Shown here: positions 1-14,599 of the stretch, piece by piece
Layout of the letters: each line of letters begins with the position of its first letter
How positions within the stretch are numbered: the first letter of the stretch is position 1
Source: Octopus vulgaris
Taxonomy: Eukaryota
Length of the DNA stretch: 64,000 nt
Reading direction: 5' to 3'
NCBI GenBank assembly: GCA_951406725.2
Contig: OX597825.1
Span: 63,612,001-63,676,000 of the forward strand
Program-made: the position numbers and the translations under genes
The notes under the pieces: model-generated
Told to the model about the DNA's origin: nothing
Seen by the model: the letters and a program-made list of their open reading frames with translations, nothing else
Databases searched by the model: none

Positions 1-710
1 AAGGAAAAAAGGACAGTAAGAAGAAAGCTTTAAAAAAGATAAAGTAGATGGGAACGAAAAAACGCCTCGCAAGATGCCGAATATGAAGTGTAGGTATTGA
101 ATGATGAAGTAAATGATGACTACTTTCTTAGGGTGAAAGAAAAGAAGCGAAGAAAAGCGATGAGATTTGAGAAAGGAAAAGAGAGAGAGAGAGAGGAATC
201 CTTTAGTTAAGAGGAAGGTAAGTGCTACTGAAATGCCATTAGCTTGTCATCAAAGTAATATTAAATCATAGAAACGAGTTATTTGCAATTGTTAAGCATT
301 TGCTAATCACGGTTGTCGTAATTGTCTCCGACGTTGATTGTTAAACGCCGTCCATTGTAAAAGGGCAGAATGTTAATTGCAAAGCTATTTCCTCGTCTCG
401 GCACTATTCACATTACGATACACACACACACTTCCACACACATACATACATATATATATATGTGTGTGTGTGTGTGTATGTGCCTATCTGTGTCTGCCTC
501 TGTGCGTGTGTGCGTATGTGTTTCTGTGTGTGTATTATCGTGACATAGAATAAAACAATGCACAATCGTTTTCGAAACCTTAGGTGCATTCTTCTTCACT
601 CTGACGTAAATTGCTAGTGACATTTTCGCTGGATTTTACTTAAGTATTTCCTATGGCAGATTAATATTGCGCCCTACTTGATGTAAGTTTATCTATGTGT
701 TTGCAAGTAA

Positions 711-765
711 GTATATATATATATTTATATATATATATATATATTTATTTATATATATATATATT

Positions 766-859
<94 letters not shown>

Positions 860-860
860 T
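711..860. repeat. Compound (TA)n/(CT)n microsatellite
   Basis: Directly visible runs; explains the YIYI/SLSL ORFs. Confidence 0.95.
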
Positions 861-997
861 ACATACACGCATACATACATCTCTGTGCGCGTTTGATGGT
901 CAGAGTGTGTTTATGAGCCGCTAGATTAATATAGTGTATCACGTTTCTATCATTTTGCTCTGTTAGGCATATATATACACACACACACACACACAAA

Positions 998-1029
<32 letters not shown>

Positions 1030-1617
1030 TGTATATGTGTGTGTGTGTTTGTGCGTGTGTGTATATATATACATATGTATATATGTATGTATTCATATGT
1101 ATACGTATGTAACTATATAACTACTTATATACCTACAAATATTGTGTATATGCTCGTATTTAAATCTTCTACTATGTATCTTCCATGTTTAGATTATCGT
1201 GCATTGGATGTTTAGTTATCATTAACTTAATTTCTAAATCCAACGACGTCATGATCTCAAACACATTTAAACCAAAGTTTTAGTCGCTCGCCCATTACTT
1301 TACAAACATTAAGAAGAGTAAAAAGAACTTTGCTGCTTCCTACATCTAGACTGTAATAGAAAATGCAACACTAAACCATCTTTAATGGAATAGTTTCTCA
1401 AACTAAATCTTGTGGAGCTGTAGGTCTTGCAATACTTCTTAAGAGAAAACTGCCATATCCTATTTTGTTAAATCTCCATTGCACAGAAGACCGTTGAGGA
1501 AAGAATCCAAACCTCATGTTTGGAGTCTGTATATAAATTTATTCGGCCTACCGTTTTCCAAACGCTAATAACTGCCGATAAATGCGTGCTTACACATTGT
1601 TTTTGATATTTGATTCT

Positions 1618-1844
1618 TTAATCCTTTAGCACATAAGAAAATCACATCCAGCCCATATATTCTACCTGTTTTGTGTTCAAATCAGTTAGATCTGGCATTT
1701 CTCGCCTACTGTACAATGAGATGCTAAAATAAACAATCACCTCTTCGAAATCTCAGTGTTCCAAAATAATGCGTCATTGATTCAAACCAATGTGAATACA
1801 CAGGCGTACATTTTACAGAGCAATCTGAATACTAAAGGTTTTAA
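1618..1844. mobile_element. TTAA-flanked MITE (piggyBac-like non-autonomous element), decayed
   Basis: Starts ttaatcctttagca and ends aatactaaaggttttaa: imperfect terminal inverted repeats bounded by TTAA. Confidence 0.5.
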
Positions 1845-2503
1845 TGTTTCTTATGCTTAACTCAGATCACATACGCCGTTGGTGACGTCTATGAATATAT
1901 CAATAACCTATCATTGTTGTTTTAAATTTTCTTCATTAGGTTTTCTTGCCTGAGTTGTCTCGCCCATGTTTCATTGAAATGTAGTATTGTGTTGTTTTAT
2001 TTCAATTTGATTCTCTTCCTTCACGATTTTAACGACACAGCATGCTATCAGGTGTGTCATTAGGCACTTCTACTCGAGTTTTTGAACACAAAAATGGTAG
2101 ATAATAGATTCTGCTACAGTCGTATAGGTTCACGGTTAATATCATAACAACAGTAGAAAGAAAAGCATATTTAATAAAAACACACTCTGATAAATTGCAT
2201 GATGCATTCCCGAGGAATATATATATACATATATACATACTTACACATATATTCTTCACCATAGAACAGCAATTCTACGTAGCTCCTAAGCTCTTGGACT
2301 CAACTTTCCAATTTCACTGTCCTCCTTTGAATCTTTTTTTCTAATGAATGCCTGTGTCCGAAAACCTCGTTATATCTCCCTTTCATTTTAAGTCTTAAAA
2401 TAGTACAATGTTACTTAAAGCTTATGTATCTTTCCTTTTATTTCCATCCTTCAATACAAACATACTCAGGCACACACACATGGTTACATGCATTTATATG
2501 TAT

Positions 2504-2550
<47 letters not shown>

Positions 2551-3039
2551 TTATATATATGAAGGCAATTATAAGCAATAAGGAAGAAAAAAAAACGAAA
2601 AGGAAAAATTCGATCGACAAGAATGGTGACTGAAGGGGCAGGGTAGCACTTATATTGCTAGAAATAAGAGTTACAAAACTTTCAGAGCCGCAATAAAATA
2701 TATTTTCATATACTAAAGAGGAAATAACCGCGCTACAAAGAATGAGGTCGCCATAATTGTCTGAAAATTACTAGTTCATCGCTGTATGGTTTTGCTAAAG
2801 CCTGACTGTCAGTATATATATATTTAACATATGAATCTATGGATGATTCAACAAAATGCTAATGTAAAAATTAAAAAATAACGAAGGTACCATTACGCAT
2901 TATAAAACTAAAAAGGAAAAATTTAATTGTTCTTTATAATAGTACCTGTATTGCTAGTAATTAGAGTTAAAAATCCCCTTAGAGCCGCAAGGAAACAAAT
3001 TTTCATATACTAACTGGGAAGATAACCGCTGTCTATTTA

Positions 3040-3077
3040 TTTATATGTATATATGTATGTATGTATGCATATGCACA

Positions 3078-3155
<78 letters not shown>

Positions 3156-3158
3156 TAA

Positions 3159-3229
<71 letters not shown>

Positions 3230-3230
3230 T
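3040..3230. repeat. Compound (TATG)n-(CA)n-(TA)n-(GA)n-(GATA)n microsatellite
   Basis: Directly visible. Confidence 0.95.
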
Positions 3231-3714
3231 TTATATGTAATGTAATTCTACAAGTTTCTGTGAGAGAAAAGATTAATATTTGTATGTTTTATAAAAACGC
3301 ACCCTGTCGTAGTTTACTACGCAAATTTCCCTTTATACATTCAGACCGTATACATAGAGAATATCAATGTATTATATATCAGAATATTCAATGCCGAGGT
3401 TTATTACATGAAATATGTTTTCATATCTATGAAGCAGTTATTTCCATCACTCATATTATTAAATGTCGCTTCTGCATTTAATTATTGTGTCTAAATGTAG
3501 TGCACATTCAAGATTATATAATTTATATATAGAGAGGTGATATTTCAATTTTGGTGAGATGCAGATGTTATAGATTATATTCTGATAAATACTTGCAATC
3601 AGGACAAATTCATATATGCAAAGACCAGTTATTCAGATATTCAAATGACTCGCTTTTCGTCTGCCTGATGTAGTCATCATGTGCGCATATACAATCGTAG
3701 AAAGATTGCTTGTG

Positions 3715-3716
<2 letters not shown>

Positions 3717-3813
<97 letters not shown>

Positions 3814-3945
3814 GTATATATATATATGTGTATATATATATTTACATATCTACATACACATATATTAATATACACACACATATATATGTGTGTGCGTTTG
3901 TGTCTGTATATATGTATGTATATATATATATACATACTCACACAC

Positions 3946-4037
<92 letters not shown>
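3717..4037. repeat. (TA)n/(CA)n microsatellite block
   Basis: Directly visible. Confidence 0.95.
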
Positions 4038-4040
<3 letters not shown>

Positions 4041-5159
4041 CTTGTATATTTCTGATAATAATATGAACCCGTAATAGGAAAATGATTACACTGAAATGTG
4101 ATTGTTTATTTAAATGCATATAACTCAATTTATTCCCGGGTGTATTCATATTCCATACTTTCGATGTGTGTGGGCGCTTGCGCGCGACTGTGTGCATACA
4201 ATGAGAGAGAAAGAGAGAGAAAATTAAAATATTTACTTGTCCATACAAACAGAATAAAATGAAATAGAGGCTACAGACGCAGATTGAGTAGATAAGGAAA
4301 TTTGTTTAAATTAATATTAATGCACTTAACCGATTTCACACTTATGTTATTTTGCGAAAAGTGTAAGATTTCAGAAACATGGATCGTTTCTGCGTCGTTT
4401 CTGATTCTTATTCTAAAACTCGTTCATTATTATAAAGGGAATATGGTTCCAGTTGCTATCACTTGAAATACAGATTTATTGGTTCATGATAGTTACTTGA
4501 TGAGGTAATGGAATTTCTTGGTAAAGTATCCGGTATTGCATATTAAAGCCATGTGATAGTCGTACCAGTGGGTCACATCCAAATCCTGTAGATATGTGAT
4601 GTAACATTCGGAATAATAGTACAAATGGTGAAAGACACACACGAATTTTGGGTTGTTTTAATCTCGTGAATGTGTCAAGTAGCTCTATGGAAAGTTACGT
4701 GTTTAATTAGAAATCAGAATTCTTATGTTTTATTGAAGCTGATTCGTTCCGATTCCTCCTGTATATGCTGCTAATTTTCATCAATATATTTATATGTACT
4801 TACATATATTTCTGTACATACTTTTATTTCTATGCGTGTTGGGTGATATAGCGTTGCTGATATAACCCGAAAAAGTTTACGAAACAGCTGTCACCAAATG
4901 GAGTAAACAACTCCTTATCCACTTCTCTTATTCATTTATATATACACACAAACACGCACGCACATATATGTTTGTGTGTGTGTGAATGTAAAGTGATTTA
5001 GATATAATGATAGATAGGTAGAAAGATAAATAGAAAAACTCTTATATACAAATGTGTGTCGTTTTTAAAGATCCATCAATGTTGAATTTTTCTCAGTTTG
5101 TCTTGTAATTTAGTGTCTGAGTTTCCTGAGGACTGGTGTTAGTTCCTCTCCTCCTCTTT

Positions 5160-5340
5160 GGAACTAACACCAGTCCTTTGCAGATTGGACCTCCCTTCCA
5201 CGAGAACTTATGCGCATTTTCACTTGAGTCTGAAGCAAGAAAATATATTGACCTTTACTCACGGACAAACTGTCTCAGAAATCCGAGATTGGAACGACTG
5301 ATCTAACGTTCATGAACATCACACCCTAACCACCAGGCCA
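5160..5340 (-). mobile_element. Highly decayed tRNA-headed SINE
   Basis: Ends in caccctaaccaccaggcca, resembling the reverse-complemented tRNA-like heads at 43500 and 52030. Confidence 0.4.
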
Positions 5341-6471
5341 AATCCCCTTCGCTCTATTATACACTCGCATATGTTAGGTGATTTTTGTGTATATGTTGTG
5401 TATGTATATATACATAAATATAAATAATATATACGCATAAATATATCTATGCTTATATATATATGTATATGTATTGGAGATGTTTGTGTGTTGTCATATA
5501 GTATTTGCAAACTGTATGTCTAAATGAATAAGCAATATTCTGCGTATGCTTATAACTATGGATACTTGTCTCTCTTTCTCTCTATCTTTTTACATATTTA
5601 TATCTGTAATCATTCGAATTTTTTTCAATTAAAAAACCATATAACTAGAGATGTGTCGGTCATTAAAGTGCAAATGCTTTGAAGACCCAATTCATTTTCA
5701 ACTATAAACACATACATACTTGTACCCACATCACAGCACTATTCTCATAGACTTCCCATATACATCCCTGTATACTTTCACATCATATCATAAACACACA
5801 AACATAAACATAGCTTAATTGATAGCTCTTGCTTATCGACAAATCAATAAAGTCGATGATTATCTAAATTGCTTTCTTTGTTTCATATCTTTTCCGTGTT
5901 GTATTTTATTCTGATACTGGAATAGATTGCAGTTTCACTAGCAATCTGGCCTAAATAAAAGCATCACATCTACTCCTAGTTTCTGTTCCAATGTCCACTG
6001 GATTTACTTATCCAATGTGTTTGCATTCATCACATCATGCCAGAGTTTCAGAATAAAATTTCACTGCAATTTCGAATTATCTGGGTGCAACAGAATCCAT
6101 CAGACCACAATTCTTATAGACTTTTGTATGTAACTATACTGTTTCGCACGCTTTCTCTATGTCTTCCTCATATTATTTTTTCAATATTTCATGACTTTAC
6201 AACGAAATTTCAAATCCATGATTAATTAATAATCCCCTATACTTAAATAGTTTTACACATTTATAATTCTATTTCAGTCAAATGTTTGAGAGTATGATTT
6301 ATTATTCTATACGCGGTTACTTATAATTATTTTCTATATATCTTTTGATTCTATTTGTTCTTATTTCATTTTTATTTTGTACAACTTTTTTTATACAATA
6401 TATCTTTTTGAGATTTTTTTCTAATTTCAATTATTTTCTTGCCGTCTATTTATTTTTATCTTTAATCATTT

Positions 6472-6875
6472 ATCTTTTCTTGTTTCATTCATTAGTCTGC
6501 GGCCACGCTAGGTTACCACATTAAGGCATTTTAGTCCAACTAGTCTACCACAGTGCTTGCTTCCTTTTTAAACCTGATAGTTATTTTATCGTTCTCATTT
6601 GCCGAAATGTTAACTTATGGGGCCGTAAATAGTTATCAATCAGTAGTGGGAAACAGACTTACATGCACATACACATACACAGAGGCACACACAGACAAGC
6701 AGACACACACACATACACACGCACACACGCACGTCTATATGACGTGCCTCTTTCAATTTCGTTCTACCAAGTCTTCTCACAAAGCATTAGTCTACCCCAG
6801 GCTATAGTAGAAGATATTTTCCAAAGGTATCCCGTAGTAAGACTGAACCCACAAACTTCTTAAACACGCCATGCC
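6472..6875 (-). mobile_element. SINE family A, decayed copy
   Basis: Collinear similarity to the 26181-26592 copy (gcggccacgct..., ttctaccaa...ctcacaaagc, gctatagtagaagat, gactgaaccc). Confidence 0.75.
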
Positions 6876-7979
6876 AGTTTATGATTTTATAAACTACTAA
6901 AAGGCATTTTAAATTTTTATATTTTTCAATTATATTTCCAATCTCGAAGTCATGTTTGGACATTGCTTCACATTGCTCAATACATCCATAATGACGCTCA
7001 GCTACGCAAGCAGCCGTAAACTTTTATATCTTTTGAAATCCAGTTCATTTTTATTTTCAAAAATATAATAAAATATACATAATATTTGTTTCCTGAAAAA
7101 TTGAAAAAATCTGAATGAAATCATGCATGAAATTGTTCGTGTGATTGTTCAAAATTTATTTATTATTTTATTCTATTTATTAATGTTTCTTTTTATTATC
7201 TATATTTTCCAATCCATTTCATTTTAATGTCCGCTCTGACGTTTTGGTTGTAAAAAAACATAAATGATTACCATCAAGAAAGAGTGAGGTGAGTGGAACA
7301 GTTACCATTAACCTGAATAAATAAAATATATTAAAATAGGGAAATAAAATGGATGACTTAAATAGTATTTTGCGTCAGAATCTGTGTATCCATATTTATT
7401 ATAATAGATAATGCTCACCGCCATCTCCCACAGCTACTCATAGCAGCTACGCTCATTTTCACCACGGTCATTGTCATCGCGGCCACTGACACCGTTCTTG
7501 TCGCTGGCATCTTATTTATCATATTTTATTTATTATATATCGATTTCTAAATCAATATACCCTTCATATTAACTGGTGTCGGTTGTCAAGCTATGGTGTG
7601 GGAAAACACAAACACACACACACATAAATACATACATGCATGCATTCACACACACACACACACATATATATATAGTTATATATTTCTTTTGAAAAATTCT
7701 GACTGAATAGAAGTGCTCAAGTCAAGCCTGAGACGTTACACGATTATAAAAATTGAGATAGAGAAAGTTCAAATCAGATAAACCAGAAGGAACACATATG
7801 TATACAGATTTAGTGAAGACAAAAATTGTCCAATTTTGCATTGATATATTTAAAATACATATAAAAATATACCAGTGATTAAAACATATATATATATATA
7901 TATAAATGTATACACATAGTAATAACATAATATCAATGTTTTTCAAAGAAAAATATAAAGTGAAGGGAAAAGTTTAGAT

Positions 7980-9520
7980 TATATATTGAAAATATATAAC
8001 CTAAAGTTTAGGTTATATAAAGAAAATATTCCTACGGCCGTTTGAAGGGTTCAATCCTCCGACTAATAAATGAATCTCATAATTCATTTTCAGAGAATGA
8101 ATCCTTCATTAGGGAAAAAGGGATGTTTACAGTAACAATGCATTCAGTTCATTGCTAATGAATGAGGTAACTGGAAGCTTTTATAGAAGGACAAATACAT
8201 CTCTGCAAATATGAAGGCTGATGGGTGTAAAATTAGCATTACTTAGTGTCTTTATTAAAATTTATGTTGACCATATCGTGTTATAGGCAAAATCGTGTTA
8301 ACTTGTGCTGCGTAACTTAGTAAGTCTATTGTTGAGTACGTTCAGATTTAAAAAGTATCATGGATGTTGACTAATATCTGTGGTTACACGAATGAATAAC
8401 GATAATACGATAGGGTTATACAGGTGTAGGATAGTATATGATTCTTTTACGCACATTCTGCAACGACCCAAAATCGTGTTGTAAGGGGAGGCCTCATCGA
8501 TAATAGACCAAGATAATGTGTAATTGATGTCACAATTTTAAATCATGTATGTATCAAGCTAGTGCCATTGAGTTTTTATAGTTTAGCTTACTGAAATAAT
8601 TTAAATGGGTTCTATATCGTCTCTTAAAATCTATAGTGCTTCCTACGTATACTCATATTTGATGTTTGTCATTTGTCATACTGCATTTATAAATTAGAAT
8701 TCTGCGTGCGGACATAAATCGAGGACCCTATAAAATGGTTTTGCATTCCTATCTTTAATTTTACGCAGATTATTAAGGTTGTTCAGTTGGGATTGATTCC
8801 GCTTAGATTTAGATAGACTTACCCTTTTTTTGTTTTATTGATTATATTTGAACTTACATGGTGTACCTTATGATAATCTAAGCTTTGAAGTTGGAGTTTA
8901 TTTCTATACATGGATGCAGTTATAGATCCCAAATTCGGTTTGGTAGAATAAGATAACTTTATAGAGTACTTGTTAAATATAGAGTAATATTTGTGATATT
9001 TGTGCTGCTTAGGAAAATTTCATATCAGGATCTTATAGAACAATTTTAATAAATGTTTGACTCTGTGAGAAAATGCGGAGAGGGTGAACTAAATAATTTC
9101 TCTTTTTATATATGTAAAGTGGTTTATCAAATTAGGGTGTTCGGATATAGAGAGACTATCTTTATTACGGTTACTCAAATGAGGTTATGAAGTTTGGTAT
9201 AGTTAAAAGGTGTTCTTATATATTTATAATTTAGGACAGAAATCGTATTAATGAGAAAATATTAATGTCAGATGTGAGATTGACTAATTTGAGTCTGAGT
9301 TTGGTATCAGGAATGTAGAAAATATGGTCATGAAAGTCGCTTGGTTTTAGGGCTATATTATAAAATGGACCTTGTACATTAAAGATCTTCAGGTTAGCTG
9401 ATAGGCTGGAGAATCTAATAGAGATATCCATAATAATACTACCGAGAATTAATTTTATATGATTAGATGAAAGGTTTATATATTGCAATGTTTGATTTGG
9501 TTTCCGGTAAGGGTAATATA
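7980..9520 (-). mobile_element. Penelope-like retroelement remnant (RT C-terminus + GIY-YIG endonuclease + 3' region), pseudogenised
   Basis: Minus-strand translations: YYPYRKPNQTLQYINLSSNH...ISIRFSSLSAN (RT thumb); IFNKYSIKLSYS (linker); LIYKC...YVGSTIDFKRRYRTH...WSIIDEASPYN...RCRMC (GIY-YIG). Stops and frameshifts present. Confidence 0.85.
8029..8116 (-). ncRNA. Degenerate minimal type-I hammerhead ribozyme 3' of the PLE
   Basis: Minus strand: ttcc-CTAATGA-aggattca...tgaaccctt-CAAA-CGGCCG-TA-ggaa; two core substitutions, palindromic stem III. Confidence 0.5.
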
Positions 9521-9554
9521 TAGATATATATATATATACATATATATATATACT

Positions 9555-9712
9555 ACAGGCTTCATTCAGTTTCCGTCTACCAAATCCACCCAAGAATAAG
9601 GTCGGCCCAAGGCTATAACGGAAAGTATTTTCCCAACGTGCCACGCATCGGGACTGAAACTAGAACAATGTGGTTGGGAAGCAATATTCTTACCACACAG
9701 TCACGCCTGCAC
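9555..9712 (-). mobile_element. SINE family A, 5' half
   Basis: ttcagtttccgtctaccaaatcc...gggactgaa...ttaccacacagtcacgcctgcacct. Confidence 0.85.
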
Positions 9713-9942
9713 CTATCCACTATAACCACACCTGCACGACCGTATGAACCCAAACGTAAATTGTAATTGGCGATAGACAGAAAGTAAGAAAATCTCCAAT
9801 CTAGAGGTAGTCGGAAAGACGAAATGCATCTATGTATTGAGTTTTATCACCACGTTATTAGTATTTATTGGCATAAACGAAACATTAATATACACACATA
9901 TATATGGTTATGTATGTGTCTTTGTGTATGCATGCATATGTA

Positions 9943-9983
<41 letters not shown>

Positions 9984-11200
9984 GTATATGTATATTTATA
10001 TATATGTATTTATACATGTGAATGTATATATATATGCATACGTACACACACACACACACATATATATATGTATATATATATATATAAACGTACACAACAC
10101 ACACTTACACATACACATACGCACGCGCGCCCACATAAATATGTTGCTTCAGACAGGAAAAGTTTGTAATTGTTGAAGAATTTTATCCTGTACCATTCGT
10201 CAATTCACAACTCGTTCTTCGAGACATGCAATATGATGTAATTAAAATAAAGGTGATAATGTCGTATATTGACAGGACTAGAATAATAATGACCAACATT
10301 CCTTGAGAAGGCAGATTATTATGGAACACATGCAGAGCTCATGTAATTTGTGGGTTGATCAAGCTAATTGACAAATCGGTGTGACTAAAATTGATGATGG
10401 CACCTTTTACGTTATGAATGCTATGTCTGGGCTCCGATAAGGATTCCTACTTCATAACGTTTAAAGCTAGAATAAATTAAACAAGGTAAATAATTCATGA
10501 CCTAGCAGTTACTGCTACGAAGAAGATGATTGCCCTAATTATCCCAGATACCAGTGAAATTACTTAGAAACTGTATCCCTTCAGAAGTTAAATCACTTTT
10601 TGGATTATATACTTCGATGCATATGAAGCCGTTAATTATTTCTAGAAGAATTTTATGGATTGGAGAAGATTAGTCAGGTAACAAGTTACTCTACCTGTAC
10701 TTGGTGAAATGTCAGTATCATATAACTTAGATGGTGCATTTTATCTGTTAGTATGTCCCAAAACATAGGGGAATTTAGTAAACCTCTTCGACGAAACACA
10801 GAGAAAATTGGAATGTGAGTTGAATATTATTATCTTCTTAATCAACATACCACTTCCATAGAAAATAACACTTTCAAGACAAACAATTAGGAAAACTTTA
10901 ACCAAGAACTTAGTTTCTCACTTAATGTATTTCACAGACGGGCGATGATTACCTAGTGAAACTTGCCTACGATAATAATGCGCATACATTATATTGGCAT
11001 AAATATGATCTGTTTGCTGACAGCACAGTAGCTTATTTCTTTCCATCCCTATAAGTGACTCGAAATTTTCTATTACTATAAGGACATATACCAAAATATA
11101 TTTTTGCAGGATTTGAACACGGAATATTAAAGCAAGCCCAGAATTTCTGTAAAATATCCTGTGCGTCCATTCTAATATAACTTCTATTAATCAAGAAACG

Positions 11201-11361
11201 AGGGTGCAGGAATTGGTTTGGGGTAATGAATCTAATTTTCTAACAACATGGTACCGGATTCAGTCCCACTGCATGGATCTTGGGTAAATATTTTTACTAT
11301 AGCTTCAGGCCGATCAAAGCATACTGAGTAGATCTGGTAGATGGAAATTAAAAGAAGCCCA

Positions 11362-11416
<55 letters not shown>

Positions 11417-11660
11417 CGCGCGCGCGCGCGTATGTTCATCTGTGTGCTTGTGTTTGTGTCTGTGTCTGTCTCCCCACAGCCACTTGACAAACGGTGTTGG
11501 TGTGTTTACATCCCGTAACATAGCGATTCTGCAAAAGAGAGACTGATGGAATAAGTACGAGGCTTAGCGAAACCAAGTTCTGGGGTCGATTCATTCGACT
11601 AAAAATTCTTCAAAGCCGTTCCTTAACCTGACCACAGTCAAAAGATTGAAATAAAGTACA
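11201..11660 (+). mobile_element. SINE family A with internal (TA)n(TG)n
   Basis: Collinear with the 16831 copy. Confidence 0.85.
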
Positions 11661-11669
11661 AGTTATGTG

Positions 11670-11998
11670 AAAAGGTTTAAGATCCTCTTCGGTCATGAAT
11701 GACAATGCGACTGCACCTAGAAAGTAACCCACGAAGGAGCAAGTCCGGCCCAGATTGTTTATGGAAGACCAGCAGTCATACCAGCTTGCCTTCTCCACGT
11801 CGCCGATGTTATCCAAGGAAGATGCAAATGCCGATATAGCTTGGTACCCTTGACGTCGCAACGCATTTCTACAGCTGAGGGAACTGGAGCTACGTGAAAT
11901 AGAGAATTTGCCGAAGAACTGAACATTCAGCCCGATCTAGGAATCTAACTCACTACTTCGTTATTGTGTGCTCTAACCACTGATCCATGCGCCTTCAC
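11670..11998 (-). mobile_element. SINE family D (tRNA-like head gtgaaggcgcatgg..cagtggttagagc)
   Basis: Shares actggagc.acgtgaaata.ag and taaccact....atgcgccttc with 43200-43521 and 51850-52050. Confidence 0.7.
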
Positions 11999-12675
11999 AA
12001 TATATGTAGTTTACAATGAAAATAAAGTCTGTTAGATGATAAGTTCGCGTGAGATAAAACGCCATTCCTTATTTTTCCTTATTCGGAGCAAGAAAATAAA
12101 GCGAATGGAAACAGTCAACCAAAAATGAAGAAAAAGCGTTCCCGAAAAAAGGACTAACATTAATTTAGTCTTATTGAACTAGGTGTTGCATGTACACGCA
12201 CGTAAGAACATAATGAGATATATAAACATACACAACAGCAAGAACAGCAACAACTATCAGTGAAGAGCCTCATGTAAGAGCCCCATCATGCTAGAAATAG
12301 TAGCAAGCTTTCTGTCAAATGATATAAATTAACGTGTTGTGGAATTTACAAATAATCTTCGTCATTTCCGTCTGAAATCTTAGCTAGATACGAATTTTTA
12401 CGTAATTTCAAAGTACCCTATTTTCAGAGACTATTAATGTGAGAATTCTTTTCAAGTCTTCAAAGCCGCAATTTGTATTTAAATAAAGGTGAACATAGTA
12501 ATTGCAAATGCTATTACTATATTTTTCATTATCAGTAATAATTTAAGTTGTTTCAATTGAACATATAAAAGATTACTCACTATTAATTTATACCAAAGTT
12601 AAATTGATTTCGCTGGAAATATCGATGTGTGGCAAAAGGTTAGGCTGAGATAAAACTATTGGTTTAAATACGAAT

Positions 12676-12962
<287 letters not shown>

Positions 12963-14599
12963 GTGCAAAAAGCAGTAGAATTACGAGCATTTAACGAGAG
13001 TTAAATGCCGAATTTGCTGCTATTTGGTATATCCTTTTAATTGCTGCCTATGTTATTTATACACAAACGGAATATAATGTATCATTGAAATGATAATGTT
13101 CTGACATACTTGAAGAAATATTTGCAACATCATTTTTTAAAAGAATTAATCGGGGGAAATTAGACTTATGAATGCTTATGAATTTTTCTCTCTCACGCGT
13201 ACAAAAATAACAAAACAGAGAAAATACCTTGTGTGGTTCTTTCGAAGTTGAACGAAGAAATATACGATATGATAATTATAATTGCTTTTTAAACGTTTAT
13301 AAAACTAATATGCTCTCACATCATTCTTAATGTTTACATCATATGAGGTATTAAAATTTATAGTTCTTCTAAATTTTAGTTTTGATGTTTTCATGCATGT
13401 ATATTAAATTAGATATTATAATGTATTGTTCTTTTCAGTTTTAATTTTAATATTGTTTTCCGATTCTTATATTATAATTATCTTCTTTAGGTTATTATTT
13501 AAAATTTCAGTGCAGATATAATTAAATACCAATTCTATGTAATAAATATTTACTTTACTTAATTGATTTATTCCATTTTTGTCGTATTAAATGTCTCTAC
13601 GCTTTAATATATCTATCTTTTTATAATGAATTTAATATAAATTTATACATAAATATTTTCTTGCATTCACAAATAATACTTAGCAAAAGAGTAAGAAGAA
13701 TTATGTGGAACAGAAAGTCAGCAGAATCTGTTCTAAATCAAAATGAAGATGAATTAATAAAGCAAAATATATATTGCTGTACTGTAGTAAATTATATATT
13801 GCTAATAATTAGATTTCCTATCGGTAGTTATAGTGGATATCATACTGACAATTAGAACTAAATTGAATTCAGAAACATATCAATAAACATTATACATACC
13901 TACTGAAAGGCAGTATATGTTACAGAGTGTTTCATTAAGTCTAGTATCCATTAATCTTCTCTAGATTAACTCGATACGAATGTCAACTGAATTAGGAGTT
14001 CATCAACGCCAAATATCGGAAAGAGATGCTATGTAAGCAGTTAAGCATTCACATTAATGTTGGGAAATGCATTTCTGGTATGATTTGAGATCAATGAATG
14101 CAAAATACTGTATGGGATGAAATGTCACCATTGGAAACAGTGACAGTAGACAAAGATAACGTTGGCTTTACCATGAACGGGATTTAAGTTCAGATATAAC
14201 CAACATATTTTAGTCTAACTGTGAATAGAAGAGAATTTAAACAATTTTATATGCAATATACATCCGACAATCAGAACTATATTCAATTATAAAATCTCCA
14301 ATAATATTTTAATTCTGCCCATTTGAATCTGCTTTTAATCTTCAAGAGATAAATAACATTATAGCACAAATTTTAAAACTGTTAAATTCGGGAGAATAAT
14401 TATTAATGATCTCCCGAAAAGAGTCACATGCAACCAGTTTACACGCTCCCTGCAGGAAAGTAATTTTCAACTTGCCACACGTATTTCTCCGACTACAATA
14501 TATTAGAATCACATGCACTTGCATTTCTGTCGAATGATATAAATTACCCGTGTTGAGGACGTCGATCTGTCGCAGGGATTTGGTCATTCAAACATTTAT

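Noticed and set aside
695-1074. [12 protein letters not shown] ORFs here and throughout the window
   Set aside because: Translations of (TA)n/(CA)n microsatellites, which lack stop codons
10200-11000. Possible very old LINE RT remnant (atgtctgggctccgataagga ~ SGxPQG; tgctacgaagaagatg ~ YADD)
   Set aside because: Motifs are too decayed to support a call by eye
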